Positions 28,648-38,642 of a stretch of 64,000 bases of DNA are shown here, piece by piece; position 1 is the stretch's first letter; each line of letters begins with the position of its first letter. Position numbers and translations under genes: made by a program. Under the pieces are notes generated by a model that did no database searches, had not been told where the DNA came from, and was given only the letters and a program-made list of their open reading frames with translations. Source of the DNA: an uncultured Gammaproteobacteria bacterium (lineage in GTDB: Bacteria; Pseudomonadota; Gammaproteobacteria; SZUA-229); NCBI GenBank assembly GCA_963924875.1, contig CAWUSX010000016.1:6663-70662 (forward strand). Direction: 5' to 3'.

Positions 28648-29103
28648 ATGAAAATATGGGTCGACGCAGATGCCTGCCCCGTGGTCATTAAAGACATTCT
28701 ATTTAAAGCGGCTGAGCGCACCGGCGTACAAATGACGCTGGTAGCCAATCACTACATTCAAACCCCCTCTTCCAGACACATTACCTTTTTACAGGTACCT
28801 CAGGGCTTTGATGTTGCAGACAATGAAATAGTACAACGCCTGAGTAAAGACGATTTAGTTATCACCAGCGATATTCCACTGGCCGCAGAAGTCATTGAAA
28901 AACAGGCCCTCGCGCTAAGCCCTCGGGGCGAGCTATACACCAGCGCGAATATTCGTTCACGCCTCAACATGCGCGACTTTATGGACACCTTACGTTCCAG
29001 TGGCGTCGATACAGGGGGACAGGCCGCACTCAATCAAAGTGATCGACAGGCCTTTGCAAATCAACTGGATAAATGGCTAACCCGGCATATTAAAAACGAA
29101 TAG
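28648..29103 (+). CDS. yaiI: UPF0178 family protein YaiI
   Basis: 151 aa. [39 protein letters not shown] is close to E. coli YaiI. Confidence 0.9.
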   Translation: MKIWVDADACPVVIKDILFKAAERTGVQMTLVANHYIQTPSSRHITFLQVPQGFDVADNEIVQRLSKDDLVITSDIPLAAEVIEKQALALSPRGELYTSANIRSRLNMRDFMDTLRSSGVDTGGQAALNQSDRQAFANQLDKWLTRHIKNE

Positions 29104-29369
29104 CAATAAATACCTTTTGAATAAACAAACTCTATCTCATTAAAAAATTTAAAAGTATTTGGACACGAAATTATACGCTGTACGTTTTGGCCAGTTTATA
29201 GTCAAACAGAAAATAACCTGTCCACCGTTCTCAGGCAAGCGGGGGTTATCATTTCAATTATTTTAAAGTTTAATTTAGCATCAGGTATTTTTCAGATACC
29301 GCTAGCCGGAATAGACATCGATACAGCCATTGTTGGCTATTTGGCGTAAATGCGCCATGAATGAAATTT

Positions 29370-29401
29370 AAAAAGCCTGCTAAATATTTAGCAGGCTTTT
29401 T
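29370..29401. terminator. Intrinsic terminator immediately after the DUF4382-like gene (minus sense; symmetric)
   Basis: aaaaagcctgctaaatatttagcaggcttttt, 4 nt beyond the stop at 29406. Confidence 0.7.
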
Positions 29402-29405
29402 ATGG

Positions 29406-30821
29406 TTACAATTTTACCAGTAATAAACTTCCCGCCATAAAACAGCCTGTATTATCGAAGCTGCCGTAGGCATCCAGATGTTGACCAGATTGTAATTCTG
29501 ACACACTGACCATCTCGCTTTTAAAACCACCGCTTTCAAAACTTAACAGGTAAGCATGGGTGTTTTCATCTATTGTTACGCATGTTTCCTCGTTGGTGTT
29601 ATTCAACATATCAAAACCTGTCATGTCATTGTGGAATGCTATGAAACTACCACTCAACTGTGAAGTCATGGCGGATGCAGGTTCTACGAATATAACCGCT
29701 GCATTAACCTGTGCATTGATGTCATCGTAAATGCCTTCAACTTTTATTGTCATATCCAGTTGAAGATCTGCTAACAGCATAGCCTTACCAGTCATATCAA
29801 ATACTCTGGTTTCAGGTACAAATTTAATAGTCTTAAGCGTATCGTCCTGGTTGCGTATTTCTATCAGCTTATTATCGGTATCAATATTTTCAATCACACC
29901 GTTATATGTTTTGAAAACATCCGCAGCGGCCAGTTCAACAACTTCCGCTTTAAAGCCCACATAGCGATCATCATACATAGCGCTATAGAAACCCAGAACT
30001 GTAACAGCACTGTTATCTGTTAGCTCAGTCTGAGCGACAGCATGACCCATATCATTAAAGTAGGAAGTGGATGAATCGGTAAAGATTTTTATACAGTGTT
30101 CCCGTTCATTTTCCTGATATTCGTCGGCGTCATCATTCAAGTGAACAAGCTCATCGTTGCTGTCTACTGGTTGCTTGCAAAGCTCAAAGCTGTTTTCTTC
30201 TATATCATCTACATAACCGCTAAGTCGAACCAGTTTGCCAAGCATGGTGTCCGTTAAAACATCTATAAAAACGACCGGACGGAAGCGATAGTCTCCGTTA
30301 CCATTTTGAATCAGGTGAATAGATTTCTGTGCATCCATATCCAGTTGCAGTGCCAGAGTTTGCCCAGCGGTGATAACAATCTCACTCCGAGGATTCAGAT
30401 CCAGTTTGCCATTACCGCCCATTTTTGGGACAACTGTTTCCAGTATGTTTCCATCCATATCCAGAACAAGTAATTTTGGATCAGAGACCTGCATACGTAA
30501 TTTGTAATAATTACCGGCAGGAATATTAGTCGTTAATGAGAACAGGTCAGAATGGCTGTTCAGGTCGAGTAGATCAATGGTCTCATTGCCGCTAAACAGG
30601 CTTACACTGCCATCTTCACCCAGCAGTGATATTTCACTTACCGTAATAAGAAACTTATTGAAGCCATCAATAGGCGCATCGGTTAGTAGAACCGCGACAG
30701 AGCCGGTGCCACTGCTGCTATCACCTATACCCTGATCTGAGGATTCACAGCCGAGTATAATCAGTGAGAACACTGTTAACAGGGTGAATTTGAAATATCT
30801 GTTGATTATAGATTTCATCAT
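29406..30821 (-). CDS. Lipoprotein, DUF4382-like
   Basis: 471 aa with a lipobox (LIILGCESS). The N-terminal part (VAVLLTDAPIDGFNKFLITVSEISL..GNGKLDL) resembles DUF4382. This family call is from memory only. Confidence 0.55.
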   Translation of the reverse strand: MMKSIINRYFKFTLLTVFSLIILGCESSDQGIGDSSSGTGSVAVLLTDAPIDGFNKFLITVSEISLLGEDGSVSLFSGNETIDLLDLNSHSDLFSLTTNIPAGNYYKLRMQVSDPKLLVLDMDGNILETVVPKMGGNGKLDLNPRSEIVITAGQTLALQLDMDAQKSIHLIQNGNGDYRFRPVVFIDVLTDTMLGKLVRLSGYVDDIEENSFELCKQPVDSNDELVHLNDDADEYQENEREHCIKIFTDSSTSYFNDMGHAVAQTELTDNSAVTVLGFYSAMYDDRYVGFKAEVVELAAADVFKTYNGVIENIDTDNKLIEIRNQDDTLKTIKFVPETRVFDMTGKAMLLADLQLDMTIKVEGIYDDINAQVNAAVIFVEPASAMTSQLSGSFIAFHNDMTGFDMLNNTNEETCVTIDENTHAYLLSFESGGFKSEMVSVSELQSGQHLDAYGSFDNTGCFMAGSLLLVKL

Positions 30822-31298
30822 TTATTCTCATATAACTTTGTCATTTGATGTTCAATATACCATGACCACATAGGTGCAATTGTTAGCAATGGTTAAAATA
30901 GTGATCAAGGGATCAAAATTAAAGAATTATTGAACTTTGAGACTCATCTCGTTGACAACGATCCCATATCTCATTGTTCTGTGCCGTTGACCAGTTGAAA
31001 CTGCAAGTGCGCTGTCAGCCGATCTGACTTAATTACATGATCTACAACGCCACACAGACGATATTGGCCAACTTATGCCTGTTTAAGTTACAGCAGATTA
31101 TGCTTTCATGTACATATTAGAAAAACACTATTTTTTGTAACTCTCTTTATTACACAGCTAAAATGAAGCCACAATGTATTGCGGCTAATTCAGACTAACT
31201 AGATAATTTGCTGCACACTTCATTCATAAGGTAAAATGACACCGCATGCATTAAGTATGTAATTACCTAAAACTCCACAACCGAGTAAAAAAAACACA

Positions 31299-31880
31299 AT
31301 GAGTATCGAAAAAATTTTACGTGACCGAAGTGAATCTAAATGTGAACTGTGTTCCTCAACAGAAAACCTGGATGTTTATGAAGTTCCCTCTAGCCCATCC
31401 AACTCTGCTGATGAGTGCATATATATTTGCCAAACATGTCGTGAACAAATCGAAGAACCTGATAAGGTAAATGTAAATCACTGGCGCTGTTTAAATGACA
31501 GCATGTGGAGTCAGGTACCGGCCGTACAAATTATGGCGTGGCGAATGCTAACCCGTTTAAGTGCAGAGGGCTGGCCACAGGACTTACTCGACATGTTATA
31601 TCTAGACGATGAATTACTTGCCTGGGCAAAGGCCAGCGGCGAAGGTCAAAGCGATGAAGACAGCGTAATTCATAAAGACAGTAACGGCACAATATTAGAA
31701 GCCGGTGACACGGTTACCTTAATAAAAGATCTAAAAGTAAAAGGTGCTAACTTTACTGCTAAGCAAGGCACCGCGGTTCGTGGCATTTCACTGGTTGCGG
31801 ACAATGCTGAACATATCGAAGGCAAAGTCGAGGGCCAACGTATTGTTATACTCACTCAATTTGTTAAAAAAACTGGCTAG
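31299..31880 (+). CDS. PhnA/YjdM-domain zinc-ribbon protein (long form)
   Basis: 193 aa. N-terminal CxxC...CxxC and a C-terminal PhnA domain (DSNGTILEAGDTVTLIKDLKVKG...IEGKVEGQRIVILTQFVKK). Confidence 0.75.
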   Translation: MSIEKILRDRSESKCELCSSTENLDVYEVPSSPSNSADECIYICQTCREQIEEPDKVNVNHWRCLNDSMWSQVPAVQIMAWRMLTRLSAEGWPQDLLDMLYLDDELLAWAKASGEGQSDEDSVIHKDSNGTILEAGDTVTLIKDLKVKGANFTAKQGTAVRGISLVADNAEHIEGKVEGQRIVILTQFVKKTG

Positions 31881-31898
31881 TACTATATAAATTTATTA

Positions 31899-32390
31899 GT
31901 GAAATCAGGCTGGAAAAAAACGATGAAAATAATGTTTGTCTTAATTGTCAGCCTGATTATATTTATCCTGCTGTATTTTATTTACCTTAGTATAAAATCG
32001 CATAGCGGGACGGCTCCGGGCTTAATCAATCAGAAACTCAGCCCCTGCCCTGGCACACCAAACTGCATTAATTCTGAATTTGAAAATGACGCTGCTCATT
32101 TTATCGACACCTTGCCTTATCAAAACAAATCAATACTTAAAATAAATATACTTATAAAAAATGCCATACAAAAAACTGGTGGGCATATAACAATCGCCAA
32201 TAACCACTATATTGCAGCAACATACAGCAGTAAATTATTTCGTTATATAGATGACTTTGAAGTACGTATAGATGAAGAACATGAGGTCATACATTTCAGA
32301 TCTGCATCTCGGGTTGGACGCAGTGATTTTGGGGCTAATATAAAGCGTATAGGTTTAATTAAAAATGAACTTGAGAAAAACCTCCATTAA
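31899..32390 (+). CDS. DUF1499-like membrane-anchored protein
   Basis: 163 aa. TM anchor, then CPGTPNCINS and FVDDFEVR-type motifs seen in DUF1499. The start codon is uncertain. Confidence 0.55.
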   Translation: MKSGWKKTMKIMFVLIVSLIIFILLYFIYLSIKSHSGTAPGLINQKLSPCPGTPNCINSEFENDAAHFIDTLPYQNKSILKINILIKNAIQKTGGHITIANNHYIAATYSSKLFRYIDDFEVRIDEEHEVIHFRSASRVGRSDFGANIKRIGLIKNELEKNLH

Positions 32391-32418
32391 CACACATAAA
32401 AATGCGCGGAACTATTAT

Positions 32419-32817
32419 TTAAATCTCAATATTAGCAAGGTCGACAGCAAATAGTTCTTCAATGTCTTGTTTAAAAGAGGCTAGATCATAGGGCTTTTGA
32501 ACAACTTTTATGATATTAGAACAACCGCGAGATTTTTTTATCTCATAACTATCAATAACAGAAGATATAATAATAGGGACTTGCGGATTTAAACTCTTAG
32601 ATGGAATAATCCGACTAATATTTAGACCATCACTGTCGCCAAGCCGGTAATCTAATATAATCAGATCAACCTTATTTTTACTGACAAAATCCAGGCACTC
32701 TTTTCCATTAGCCGCATCAGCACTATTATACATACCGGTGATATCTACAAATTTACATATAATAGAGCGTGCGATTGCATCATCATCAACGCATAGAATA
32801 GTTTTCTTTGATTCCAT
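32419..32817 (-). CDS. Stand-alone response-regulator receiver domain protein
   Basis: 132 aa. ILCVDDD, phospho-acceptor context (DLIILDYRLGDSDG) and conserved K (VQKP). Confidence 0.85.
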   Translation of the reverse strand: MESKKTILCVDDDAIARSIICKFVDITGMYNSADAANGKECLDFVSKNKVDLIILDYRLGDSDGLNISRIIPSKSLNPQVPIIISSVIDSYEIKKSRGCSNIIKVVQKPYDLASFKQDIEELFAVDLANIEI

Positions 32818-33045
32818 CTTAATCCCTTAATAAAGTGCGTCACAATACTTTACAATGTTGTAAAGCATATTCTAGATCCCTGCAATATGTTATATCTAGT
32901 TTCGAACTTTCTTAAAAATCGTAGCTTAACCATTAACAATGGCTTCTGTATTTTTAACGCCCTGGCTGTGATTATATAACATGTAGCCTTTTAAAAACCT
33001 TAATTTTTACACACAAATTTCCGGACATTTCCGGACACATGTTGA

Positions 33046-33786
33046 CTATTGACAAACACCAACTGAGCCATTTCGGCAGCGCTGATATTTTACCCATGTT
33101 GTACTATCCAGTTTGGCATTATCAAAAATTGCACCGTCAATAATCGCATCCCGAATAGACGCCCTGCTCAGATCAGCGTTGTTAAATTGCACATTCAATA
33201 AATTCGCTTCTTCAAACTTTGCTTCTCTTAAATCCGCCTGCCTGAAGTTGGCCGATTCTAAATCTGTACGATTAAACAACGCCATTTGCGCTATAGCCCC
33301 TTCAAAATCACCCGCTACAATTTTTGCACCCGTAAAGTCTGATCTATTTAATTCTGAATTTTTAAAATGACTGTGTTTAATTTTTGCATCATAAAAATTC
33401 GCCTTATTCAGTCGGCTATTTGAAAAATCACTGGATATAATGTTTGCCCTACTGAAACGAGCTTCATCTAATACAGCAGCAGTAAACTTTGAATTAGTTA
33501 TTTTGGCATTATTAATTCTGCTACGCTCCATTCGGGATTTTTCAAAATTGGTATTTTTCAAAATTGAAAAACTTAAATCCACATCTTGCAATCTCGAATT
33601 AGATAAATTGCTATTAGTGAAATCAACACGCCGAAGAACAGCCGACTTTAAATCAACACCGGATAAATCCAGGCCACTCTTATCACAACCAGTCCAGTTA
33701 ACGCCTTCTCCTGCTTCGTCTTCACATGCTGCATGTGTCGTAGTAACTACAAATAATAAACTTAAAAAAATTAATCCATGTTTCAT
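33046..33786 (-). CDS. Secreted pentapeptide-repeat protein
   Basis: Signal peptide (MKHGLIFLSLLFVVTTTHA), then about 35 consecutive A(D/N)LXX-type pentapeptides. Confidence 0.88.
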   Translation of the reverse strand: MKHGLIFLSLLFVVTTTHAACEDEAGEGVNWTGCDKSGLDLSGVDLKSAVLRRVDFTNSNLSNSRLQDVDLSFSILKNTNFEKSRMERSRINNAKITNSKFTAAVLDEARFSRANIISSDFSNSRLNKANFYDAKIKHSHFKNSELNRSDFTGAKIVAGDFEGAIAQMALFNRTDLESANFRQADLREAKFEEANLLNVQFNNADLSRASIRDAIIDGAIFDNAKLDSTTWVKYQRCRNGSVGVCQ

Positions 33787-33798
33787 TATGTATCTTTC

Positions 33799-35745
33799 TT
33801 ATTGTTTCTTTTTAAATGATCTAATTAAAAATCGCGCAGGGTGTAGAGCATAACGCACCCGATTTGATACAGGCAAGGGTTCATCACAGATAACCGCGGC
33901 TAATACTTCAGCGCTTAAGAATGCACTGGTAAACCCTCTTGCGCCATGCCCTGTATTCACATATAAACCAGCCCGGTAATTACCCTCTGCATATTTATCT
34001 GCGGGCCTGCCCTTATGTAAATCAGCATACGCCTGCCTATAGCCTTCTTCAACCGGTGCAGCGCCAAGTACCGGCATTCTGTCGGATGTTACTGCACGCA
34101 CTGAAGCTCGCCCGTCACTAATATCATCTTCTGAAAACATATTCGCAAACCACTGCTGCATATCGTTTAGATTTGCCCGATGTTCCTGTTTGCTGAGTTC
34201 CGTAGAAATATCATCTGGTATAAAGCTGGCGCCAATAACTTGCTGGTTGTGCAAAGCAGGTAACAAATAACCATCATAAGATAAAGGCAGCTTTACTTTT
34301 CTGCTTTGTTGAGTTGGATTAAATATGCTTATCTGCCCACGCACAGGCTGCACACCCAGATGCTTAAGTAATTCAAAATGATTTATCTGCCAGGCACTGG
34401 CGCAAATAAGAATATCGGTCTGAGTAATAATTTTTGCGTGTTTATTAAATAACTGCCATTGATTATTACTGTGAGAAAATGACTCTACCTGTGTTTCATA
34501 ACGAATGCTTAATGCATCCCCCATATCATCAATTAAATTTTGCAATACCCTGAGCGGCTGCAGGTTAACCGCCAATGGATAGTAATGCACCGTCTGACTA
34601 ATTTCTACGCCGGCAAGCCGACTGGCAGTTTGTGCATCCAGTGCCTGAGCCAGCGCTGCAGTTTGTGGGTACTCTAAAATTTGTTTTTTAATCCGCGCAG
34701 AGGATGGCAATTGCATAGCGCCGGTTTGCTGCCAACTAATTTGTTGATTATCGAGCTGTTGCAAACAACGCAAGGCATAAAAATATGCAGATGTATAAAA
34801 CTCCGCATCAGCGGTATCCTGCAAGCTTAGACGCGGCATCAACATTGCCTGTGGATTACCCGAGGCCTGTGCTCCGCAGTGCTTTCCCTGCTCTATTATC
34901 TCGACTTCATAACCCCGTTTAACCAAGGCCCAGGCCGTCGTTAAACCCGCAATACCTGCACCGATAATACAAATGCGCTTAGCTGCTCCAGGTGAGCTTT
35001 GCAGGCCTTCATACCAGGGCTGAATTGAGGCGATAGATTGAGGCTCTGACTCAAATTTGCCTGCCAACATATGGCGTTTTTTACCACAGCCGCTTACCTT
35101 ACTCACCGTAAAACCGGCCTGCATTAGGCCACGCCTCACATCACCCACAGCGGTATAGGTACTAAATGTAGTAGCGTATTGGCTTAAACGTTTAATTTGC
35201 CTAAATACATGGCTGCTCCACATACCTGCATTCAAACTGGGCGCAAAACCATCCAGAAACCAGGCATCTACAGGTGCCTGCATTTGTGTGAGCATTGTTT
35301 CTACGTCACCAATCATCAGCACCAGTTTTACTCGCCCAGCAAACAGCTCAAATAAATGAAAGCCATAACTGGCGACTTGATACTCTTGCTGCAAGGCCTC
35401 TGAGATACTTTTTAGCTCTGGCCAGGCCTGATGTGCAAGCATTAAATCTTCTAGTGTAAAGGGTGTGCTTTCAACCGAATAAAAATACAGGCAATCCTGA
35501 GGATTACTGTGTTCCAACCAATGTTTAACCGCGACTAAAAAATTAAGCCCGGAACCAAACCCCGTTTCGGCTATAACAAATCGATGGTTTTGCGTATCGC
35601 ATGATGCAAATCGCTCAAGCAATTGATTGTGCTTGATAAATACATGCTCGGTTTCTTCTATTCCATTCTCCGCAGAAAAATAAATATCATCGAACTCGGC
35701 GCTATAGGGTTGGCCATCACGCCATTCAGGTTTTGCATACTTCAT
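33799..35745 (-). CDS. mnmC: Bifunctional tRNA mnm5s2U34 methyltransferase / FAD-dependent cmnm5s2U oxidoreductase
   Basis: 648 aa. N-terminus WRDGQPYSAEFDDIYFS, a SAM-MTase domain (ETGFGSGLNF, DAWFLDGFAP), then a DAO domain (ICIIGAGIAGL). Confidence 0.93.
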   Translation of the reverse strand: MKYAKPEWRDGQPYSAEFDDIYFSAENGIEETEHVFIKHNQLLERFASCDTQNHRFVIAETGFGSGLNFLVAVKHWLEHSNPQDCLYFYSVESTPFTLEDLMLAHQAWPELKSISEALQQEYQVASYGFHLFELFAGRVKLVLMIGDVETMLTQMQAPVDAWFLDGFAPSLNAGMWSSHVFRQIKRLSQYATTFSTYTAVGDVRRGLMQAGFTVSKVSGCGKKRHMLAGKFESEPQSIASIQPWYEGLQSSPGAAKRICIIGAGIAGLTTAWALVKRGYEVEIIEQGKHCGAQASGNPQAMLMPRLSLQDTADAEFYTSAYFYALRCLQQLDNQQISWQQTGAMQLPSSARIKKQILEYPQTAALAQALDAQTASRLAGVEISQTVHYYPLAVNLQPLRVLQNLIDDMGDALSIRYETQVESFSHSNNQWQLFNKHAKIITQTDILICASAWQINHFELLKHLGVQPVRGQISIFNPTQQSRKVKLPLSYDGYLLPALHNQQVIGASFIPDDISTELSKQEHRANLNDMQQWFANMFSEDDISDGRASVRAVTSDRMPVLGAAPVEEGYRQAYADLHKGRPADKYAEGNYRAGLYVNTGHGARGFTSAFLSAEVLAAVICDEPLPVSNRVRYALHPARFLIRSFKKKQ

Positions 35746-35852
35746 TTATATGATTATACTATCTGCACCATCACTTGCCCTAGCAATAGACACCAGGCAT
35801 TTTCAGCCTCAAACACTTTAAAAATTTTGCTGCGCAGATCGGACCATTATTT

Positions 35853-36701
35853 ATGAATATTCAACAGGCCTACAAGCACTGCCTGAGCATTTCAAAAAAT
35901 CATTACGAAAATTTTCCTGTCGCTTCCTGGATACTCCCCAAACGTATGCGTTTACCAACTGCTGCAATATATGCCTTTGCGCGCCGTGCCGATGATATTG
36001 CAGATGAAGGAGAGCAAACAGACCAACAACGACTGGATGCATTAGATGCACTGGCACAACAGGTTGAAGCCACTTACGCACAGGTAGCCAGCGATGATCC
36101 CGTTTTTATCGCCCTGGCCGATTGTATTCCCCGTTTTTCTCTGCCTAAAGAATGCTTTTTAGATTTAATCGAGGCATTTAAACAGGATGTAACACAAAAA
36201 CGTTATGCCGAGTTTTCTGAACTCATGCAATATTGTCGACGCTCTGCCAATCCGGTTGGCCGCTTAATGCTGCACCTTTACGGACAAACTGATCGAAAAA
36301 GTCTGGGGCAATCCGATGCCATATGCAGTGCTTTACAGCTGATTAATTTTTACCAGGATATGGCACGGGACTACGCAGAACTCGATCGTATTTATATTCC
36401 ACAAGATGAAATACGTGCCTCATTTGTGAATGAAACCTATTTTAAAAATCGTCGCACCGATGGCCCAATGATTTTGTTAATGCGCAAACAATATGAGCGC
36501 GCACATAAATTGTTACAGGGCGGTGCGCCTTTAGGAAAATCCCTTAAAGGTCGATTTGCTTTTGAAATACGTTTAATTATTGCCGGTGGCTCACGAATTT
36601 TATTAAAGCTCGACAAACAAACCGAAGATTTATTTAGCCGACCAAGATTAGATTCTCGTGACTGGCTGTGGATTTTCTGGAAGGCATTGCGGGCAAAATA
36701 G
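35853..36701 (+). CDS. hpnC: Squalene synthase HpnC (phytoene/squalene synthase family)
   Basis: 282 aa. HYENFPVAS, FARRADDIADE and DRIYIP motifs. The assignment is supported by the hpnD/hpnE neighbours. Confidence 0.8.
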   Translation: MNIQQAYKHCLSISKNHYENFPVASWILPKRMRLPTAAIYAFARRADDIADEGEQTDQQRLDALDALAQQVEATYAQVASDDPVFIALADCIPRFSLPKECFLDLIEAFKQDVTQKRYAEFSELMQYCRRSANPVGRLMLHLYGQTDRKSLGQSDAICSALQLINFYQDMARDYAELDRIYIPQDEIRASFVNETYFKNRRTDGPMILLMRKQYERAHKLLQGGAPLGKSLKGRFAFEIRLIIAGGSRILLKLDKQTEDLFSRPRLDSRDWLWIFWKALRAK

Positions 36702-36710
36702 TACGTCTAA

Positions 36711-37700
36711 TTAGTCGAGCATTACAATACGGTTTCGACCCGATTTTTTTGCCTGGTACAAGGCAATATCTGCACGTTTTACTGCAATCCAGGCATCTTC
36801 ATCTTCTTCAAGCACCTGAGTCACACCTGCAGAAAAAGTAACATGCAAGGAAGATTCTTCTAATATAATACCCGTGTTAGTCAAATCTTCGCGGGTTTCT
36901 TCCAGTACCTCAAATGCCGTGTCGATATCTGTCTCGGGAAAAATAATTAAAAATTCTTCACCGCCATAACGACCGACACAATCACTGCTCCTTAAATTTT
37001 TCTTTAAAAATGCACTAATGTGCTTAAGCACCTGATCACCGGCTGGATGCCCATAGGTATCATTTACCGCTTTGAAATTATCAATATCAAGCATCGCAAC
37101 GGAATACCGCTGCGTATAGCGCTGCATATTTTCAAATGAATGATCCAGCAATAGTGAAATGGCTTTTCGATTAAGTGCACCGGTGAGCGCATCAAAACAG
37201 TATTGATGTTCAATCAATATATCGCGTAGCTCTGTGAGCAGGTCGATAAGCTGTCGCTGGTTAGCCAGGAAAGTTTGGTAGGCATTAACCGAAATAGGCT
37301 TATCGTTATTTGATAACTCGGCCAGTTCACGGGCATTGTCATGCATAGACTGATGCACTGATTCCAGTGCTGCATATTCTTTAAATGACTTCACCGCATT
37401 ACTGCTATTACCGTAATACCATTTGCCGAATTCACATTGAGTATGTGCCGCTATATTCAAAATATCGCTGGGAAATGTTTCATTACACACTACTGCCGTA
37501 TTAAAGCGATTAAACCAGACATGATGATTATTAATAGCCTGATTTAATACCAACAAAACTTCTTCAAGTTCTTTAGATGAAAGCTGATAGGTGGACCTGG
37601 CCAATGAAAATCTCCTCAAACTGTGAAAACTCAATATATAGACCATTTTAGAGCATATTAAATCACTCCACCTACCCGATGATCGACTCAAGCCCGACAT
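36711..37700 (-). CDS. Diguanylate cyclase with N-terminal chemoreceptor zinc-binding (CZB) domain (DgcZ-like architecture)
   Basis: CZB signature (HHVWFNRF...HTQCEFGKWYY...H), then GGDEF with an intact GGEEF and an RxxD I-site context. The start codon is uncertain (37700 or 37646). Confidence 0.85.
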   Translation of the reverse strand: MSGLSRSSGRWSDLICSKMVYILSFHSLRRFSLARSTYQLSSKELEEVLLVLNQAINNHHVWFNRFNTAVVCNETFPSDILNIAAHTQCEFGKWYYGNSSNAVKSFKEYAALESVHQSMHDNARELAELSNNDKPISVNAYQTFLANQRQLIDLLTELRDILIEHQYCFDALTGALNRKAISLLLDHSFENMQRYTQRYSVAMLDIDNFKAVNDTYGHPAGDQVLKHISAFLKKNLRSSDCVGRYGGEEFLIIFPETDIDTAFEVLEETREDLTNTGIILEESSLHVTFSAGVTQVLEEDEDAWIAVKRADIALYQAKKSGRNRIVMLD

Positions 37701-37766
37701 TTATAAAAACACTTTTGCCTTCTCGCGCCGTTTACGTCAAAATTCGCTCTATTTAAATCATCCTGT

Positions 37767-38642
37767 GTGAATATGAATCCAGATCAATACTGTCAGGACA
37801 AGGCCGTTTCCAGTGGCTCCAGCTTTTATTCAAGCTTTCGTTTCTTGCCGGATAAAAAACGCCGCGCCATCACGGCCTTATATGCATTTTGCCGTGAAGT
37901 AGATGATGTCGTCGATGAATGCCACGATATAGAAGTAGCCCGCCAGACGCTCAACTGGTGGCGTTCAGAAGTATCTGCCCTATACCTTGGCAAGGCCAGC
38001 CATCCGGTGACGCTTGCACTACAAAGCCTGCTTAGTGACTTTAATCTCGCCGAAGAGCTTTTACAGGAAATAATTGATGGTATGGAGATGGATCTGGATA
38101 TCCAGCACTACGCCAGCTTTAAAGAGCTATCACTCTACTGCTACCGTGCCGCCAGCGTAGTGGGTTTACTCTCGGCAGAAATTTTTGGCTTCAAAAACCG
38201 TGACACACTTAAATATGCCCATGACCTGGGAATGGCATTTCAACTCACCAATATTCTGCGTGATGTACGTGAAGATGCAGAGCGTGGCCGAGTGTACCTG
38301 CCACAGGATGAACTGGAAAAGTTCGGTGTAACACAACAGGATTTAACACAGCCGGTGACCAGCGATTCGCTGCAGGCACTGTTTCAGTTTCAAGCGGAAC
38401 GCGCGCGCGACTACTACAAAAAGGCCTTCAATGAATTGCCCGATGAAGATCGCTACGCTCAACGCGCAGGTTTGATCATGGCAGAGATTTACCAGTCTTT
38501 ACTGGATGAAATCGAAGATGATAAATTCCACGTACTAGAGCACCGCATCAAACTAACACCTCTGCGTAAAATATGGCTGGCCTGGCGCACCGCAAGACGT
38601 GAAAAAAAACGCCACAAACAACACTTGCGTCAGCAGGCCTAA
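37767..38642 (+). CDS. hpnD: Presqualene diphosphate synthase HpnD
   Basis: 291 aa. SSFYSSFRFLP, FCREVDDVVDE and RVYLPQDEL. The ATG at 37773 is an alternative start. Confidence 0.82.
   Translation: MNMNPDQYCQDKAVSSGSSFYSSFRFLPDKKRRAITALYAFCREVDDVVDECHDIEVARQTLNWWRSEVSALYLGKASHPVTLALQSLLSDFNLAEELLQEIIDGMEMDLDIQHYASFKELSLYCYRAASVVGLLSAEIFGFKNRDTLKYAHDLGMAFQLTNILRDVREDAERGRVYLPQDELEKFGVTQQDLTQPVTSDSLQALFQFQAERARDYYKKAFNELPDEDRYAQRAGLIMAEIYQSLLDEIEDDKFHVLEHRIKLTPLRKIWLAWRTARREKKRHKQHLRQQA

Noticed and set aside
30822-31298. 477-bp intergenic region between the divergent DUF4382-like and phnA-like genes, inspected for a riboswitch, sRNA or small ORF
   Set aside because: I could not recognise any conserved riboswitch core, convincing hairpin plus T-run, or ORF with an RBS by eye. 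It would need covariance-model scanning.
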